Shown here: positions 60,417 through 64,000 of the stretch, piece by piece
Numbering within the stretch: the first letter of the stretch is position 1
Layout: each line of letters starts with the position of its first letter
DNA from: the human T2T-CHM13v2.0 reference genome, Homo sapiens
DNA: 64,000 nucleotides
Assembly (NCBI RefSeq): GCF_009914755.1
Contig: NC_060933.1
Direction: 5' to 3' (one strand)
The notes under the pieces: model-generated
What the model saw: only the letters and a program-made list of their open reading frames with translations
Told to the model about the DNA's origin: nothing
The model's database searches: none
Position numbers and translations under genes: made by a program

Positions 60417-62042
60417 TTGGGCCCCCAATCTCTTCTGGCTTGCAGGGTTTCTGCTGAAAAGTCTGCTGTTAGTCTGTTGGGCTTCTCTTTTAGGTGACCT
60501 GTCCTTTCCCTCTACTGTCTTCAGCATTTTTTCTTTCATTTTGACTTTGGAGAATCTGATGATTATATTTCTTGGTGATAAAATTCTTGTAAAGTGTTTT
60601 GTGAGGGTTCTCTGCGTTTCCTGAATTTGAATGTTGTCCTGTTCCCTGAATTTAAATGTTGGCCTCTCTAGCTAGGTTGGAGAAATTATCATAGATGATA
60701 TCATGAAACATGTTTTCCAAGTTGCTTCCATTATCTCCATCTCTTTCAGGGATGCTAATGAGACATAGATTCAGTCTCTTTACATAATCCCATATTTCTT
60801 GAACATTTTGTTTATTCCTTTTCATTCTTTTTTGTTGTTGTTATTGTTGTCTGACTGTTTTATTTCAGAAAGCCAGTCTTCAAGCTCTGAGATTATTTCC
60901 TCAGCTTGGCCTATTCTACTGTTAATACTTGTGATTGCATTATGAAACTCTTGTAGTGTGTTTTTCATCTCCATCAGGTCAGTTACATTATTTTCTATTC
61001 TGGATATTCTGCTATTTTGTCTGTCAGATCCTGTATTATTTTATCATGATTCTTAATTTCCTTAGATTGGGTTTTGCCATTCTCTTGAATCTCGATGATC
61101 TTCCTTCCTCTCCACATTCTGAATTCTATTTCTGTCATTTCAGATATCTCAGCTCAATTAAGAATGCTTGCTGGAGAACTTTTTTGGTCTTATGGAGGAA
61201 AAAAGATACTATGACTTTTTGAATTGTCAGAGCTACTGCACTGGTTCTTTCTCATCTTTGTGGGTTGATATTCCTTTAATCATTGAAGTTGTCCTTTAGA
61301 TGAATATTTTTTCCTTTTATCCTCTTTGATGACTTGTGGGTTTGCCCCGGTACAAAGTGGGTTTGGCTGACTTGTTTTGTTTCTGGGAGACTTTAGGGGC
61401 CTAAGGCTCAGCTCAGGACTCTTGGACTGTGTGCTTTAACTCTGGAGGACTGGTATCAGGCCCCAGCTTTATTCTCTGGCTCCAAGAAGTTAGACACTAG
61501 CTGTGCTGGACGAGCTGAGGCCCCCGTGGACCACTAGTCACATTCCAATGGGTGTGCCAGCCAAAGCACTTCACAGGGTAGTGGCGGTATAATTCATCCT
61601 TGTTCATATGTGCCAGCAGCAGGGGGGTGCATGCTTGTCAAGTGGTGTATGAGTGTTCACAGCAGTGGCAGTGACAGCATAGCTTGTGAAGGAGTGGCAA
61701 CTGTATGTGTTCATGCTGGTAGTGGTGTTAGCATGAGGGCAGGATGCTGGTGGATGCAGGACTGTGCATGCCCTCTGTGCATGTTTACATGGGCAGCTGT
61801 GGCTGCTCAGGGCTGGTACAAGTCCACTGTTCTCCATGCCTAGCTTTGTGCAGGTGACAGTGTTAGTGCAGGGGCGTGGTGCTTGAAGGGCAAGGCTGGC
61901 AGCTCCATGCTCACCAATACTCCAATGACAATAGTGGTGTGGCCAGAAGACAGGGGGTTGGAGTGCGCTCATACTGGCAGCAGTGGCATGGAAGGATGCA
62001 CTTGCACACATATGCTGATGGATAAGGGAAGGCAAGGTCTGT

Positions 62043-62043
<1 letters not shown>

Positions 62044-62096
<53 letters not shown>
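62044..62096. repeat. Perfect (CA)n microsatellite, about 26 units
   Basis: Read directly. Confidence 0.97.
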
Positions 62097-62097
<1 letters not shown>

Positions 62098-62706
62098 AGC
62101 AAAGCCATGTAGGTGGTGGGCATGGGTGAGCATGCAGGCAAAGCAGCACAGAGTAGGCTATTGTCAGGGGAGGGCACGAGCAGGCTGGTGCTTTTCCATG
62201 GGGTCTGCTTTGCTGGAGCATTCTGCCGGTCAGGGGCAGTCCAGGGCAAGAGCTATGATATGCTGGGCAGGCCAGGTTGGGGCCTGAGGAGAGGCCAGCT
62301 GATAAACGGGTGCTCAGGTCAGACCAGCCTTGCTTCTTGCACAAGACCACCCTGCATATTTCGGGTCCAATAGTTCCCCTAGGGCTAAAGTACCCTATGG
62401 GAACAAGTCAAGCCTAGGGGGATGGGTGTCCCTGGTCATGCTCCATTACAGATGCTCTCACACCAGATGCTCTGGGCTCCCCACCAGCTGGAGTTCTGCC
62501 CCTACCACTTCTCTAAGCAGCTCTCCCTGCCAACTGAAGTGTGTGTGATGGTCAAGGGGTCTCCTGCCAGGATTCTGAGTGGGTTGCTCCTTGCTTGTTC
62601 AACTCATCCCTTCCACAGGAGTCACTGGGGGCCAGGAATGAGTCCCAGTGCATGGTAGCCCCAAGAAAGTTCCTGGCTTCCTCCCTCTTCAGCCCAGTAT
62701 CTGTGC

Positions 62707-64000
62707 TGAAGGTTTTTATATCAAGGTTCTACTGGTGTCATAGAATTTGTTGGAAAATGTTCCTTTTTTGTATTTTCCTAAAGAATTCATGTAAAGTAGA
62801 TGTTATTTTCTCCTCAACTGTTTCATAGAATTCACTGGGATGGGAAAGCCATCTGGAAGTTGTTTTATTTGTGGGAAGGTTTTCTTTAATATGTCGAGGG
62901 TTATTCATATATTCTTTTTACTCTTGTGCTGATTTAGTGTGCTGTGTTTTTATCTGAATTTATACATTTCATCTATATTTTCATATTTATTGGTAAAAAT
63001 AATATATATGTTTAATGCTTGTGGAGTCTGTAGTGATGTTGCTCATTTCATTCTTAATATTAATAATGTGAATATTTCTTTTCCCTTCATTAGTCTAGCC
63101 AGAAGTTTTTCCATTTTATTTGTCTTTACAAAGTAACAAGTTTTCGTGTTTTAAAGTCTTTCTGTAGTTTGTTTTCTATTTTATTAATTTCTGCTCTTAT
63201 ATTTGTTATTTCCTTCCTTCTGTTAATTTCTATTCACTTTGTTGCTCTTTTTCTAACTTTTTGAGGGAGGAACTTAGATCATTGATTTTTAGCTTTTCTT
63301 GTTTTCTAATATACTAAATTAACAGTATAACTTTCATTTTAAACATGACTTTTGCTAACTTGTACATTTGATTTAATATGTCATATTTTAATTACCATTC
63401 AATTAAAATAGATCTTTTTATTTCCTTTGTTTTTCTTCTGTGACCCATGGATTAATTTAAAATGTATTGAATATTTTTCAGCTCTATGGGCATATTCTTA
63501 TCTTTTGTTATTGATTCAGAGGTTAATTACTCTGGGGTCAGAGAATATATTTTGTATTATTTTCATCATTTGAAATGTGTTGAGAATTGTTTCATGATAT
63601 AGCAAATAAAGAGCTTTTATAAAAGTTATTTTTGCTCTTGAAAAGCAAAATGCAAAATACTGCATGTGTATTTTGCAGATATTGAGTGAAGCATTCAATG
63701 TATGTCAATTAGCTCCAGTTGATTGATATTGTTTTTCAAGTCTTCTAGATTCTTATGGATATTTTGCTATTTATTCTTAGATATATTAAACCTTAATACT
63801 ATGTGGATTTTTCCATTTCTCCTTTTTATTTCTATTTTGTTGCTTGTATTTTAAAGGTTGTATTAACCACATGCAGATTTAAAATTTTTGTGTTTTCTTT
63901 ATTATACTTTTGTCATTGTAAAATTTACTTCGTTATCTCGAATAATACTTTTTTCTTAAACAGCTACTTTGATATTAAGATATTAATATTGCAATATCAA
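62707..64000 (-). mobile_element. Ancient L1M ORF2 fragment, running off the window
   Basis: T-rich degenerate antisense ORF2: 'tatcaaggttctactggtgtcatagaat', 'tagaattcact...aagccatctgg', 'ttaatttctgctcttatatttgttatttcc'. Confidence 0.75.

Larger units (their letters stand above)
54736..62706 (-). mobile_element. Old near full-length L1PA (about PA11-13), missing its extreme 3' end and interrupted by L1PB1
   Basis: Continuous diverged ORF2, ORF1 (MKEKMLK...) and a long GC-richer 5'UTR; resumes after the TSD at 57836. Confidence 0.88.

Noticed and set aside
61604-62350. 248-aa ORF and overlapping ORFs
   Set aside because: Lies in a GC-richer L1 5'UTR and reads through the (CA)n repeat (poly-CV/HT); no recognisable domain.

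Overview
AT-rich, CpG-depleted primate nuclear DNA, most likely human or another great ape given L1PA2/L1PA3-type LINE-1 and AluS copies. Over half of the window is interspersed repeat: several multi-kb L1s, four Alus plus a FLAM, MaLR/ERV LTRs including a two-LTR MST provirus, a near full-length Hsmar2 mariner, MER2/MER5/MER20/MADE1, L2 and MIR. I recognise no host protein-coding exon, RNA gene or CpG-island promoter. Essentially all long ORFs in the track are broken L1, Alu, MST or mariner frames. Subfamily names come from recalled consensus diagnostics, not from a search. I found no convincing new biological system. The most interesting signal is two L1s about 33 kb apart that are oppositely arranged subfamily mosaics and share apparently non-consensus bases. 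Other leads are a deletion junction fusing L1 to half a MER11, an inverted templated insertion in MST-int, a ~95-bp hairpin, and a minus-strand repeat bias with a few plus-strand exon candidates that hint at an intronic location.
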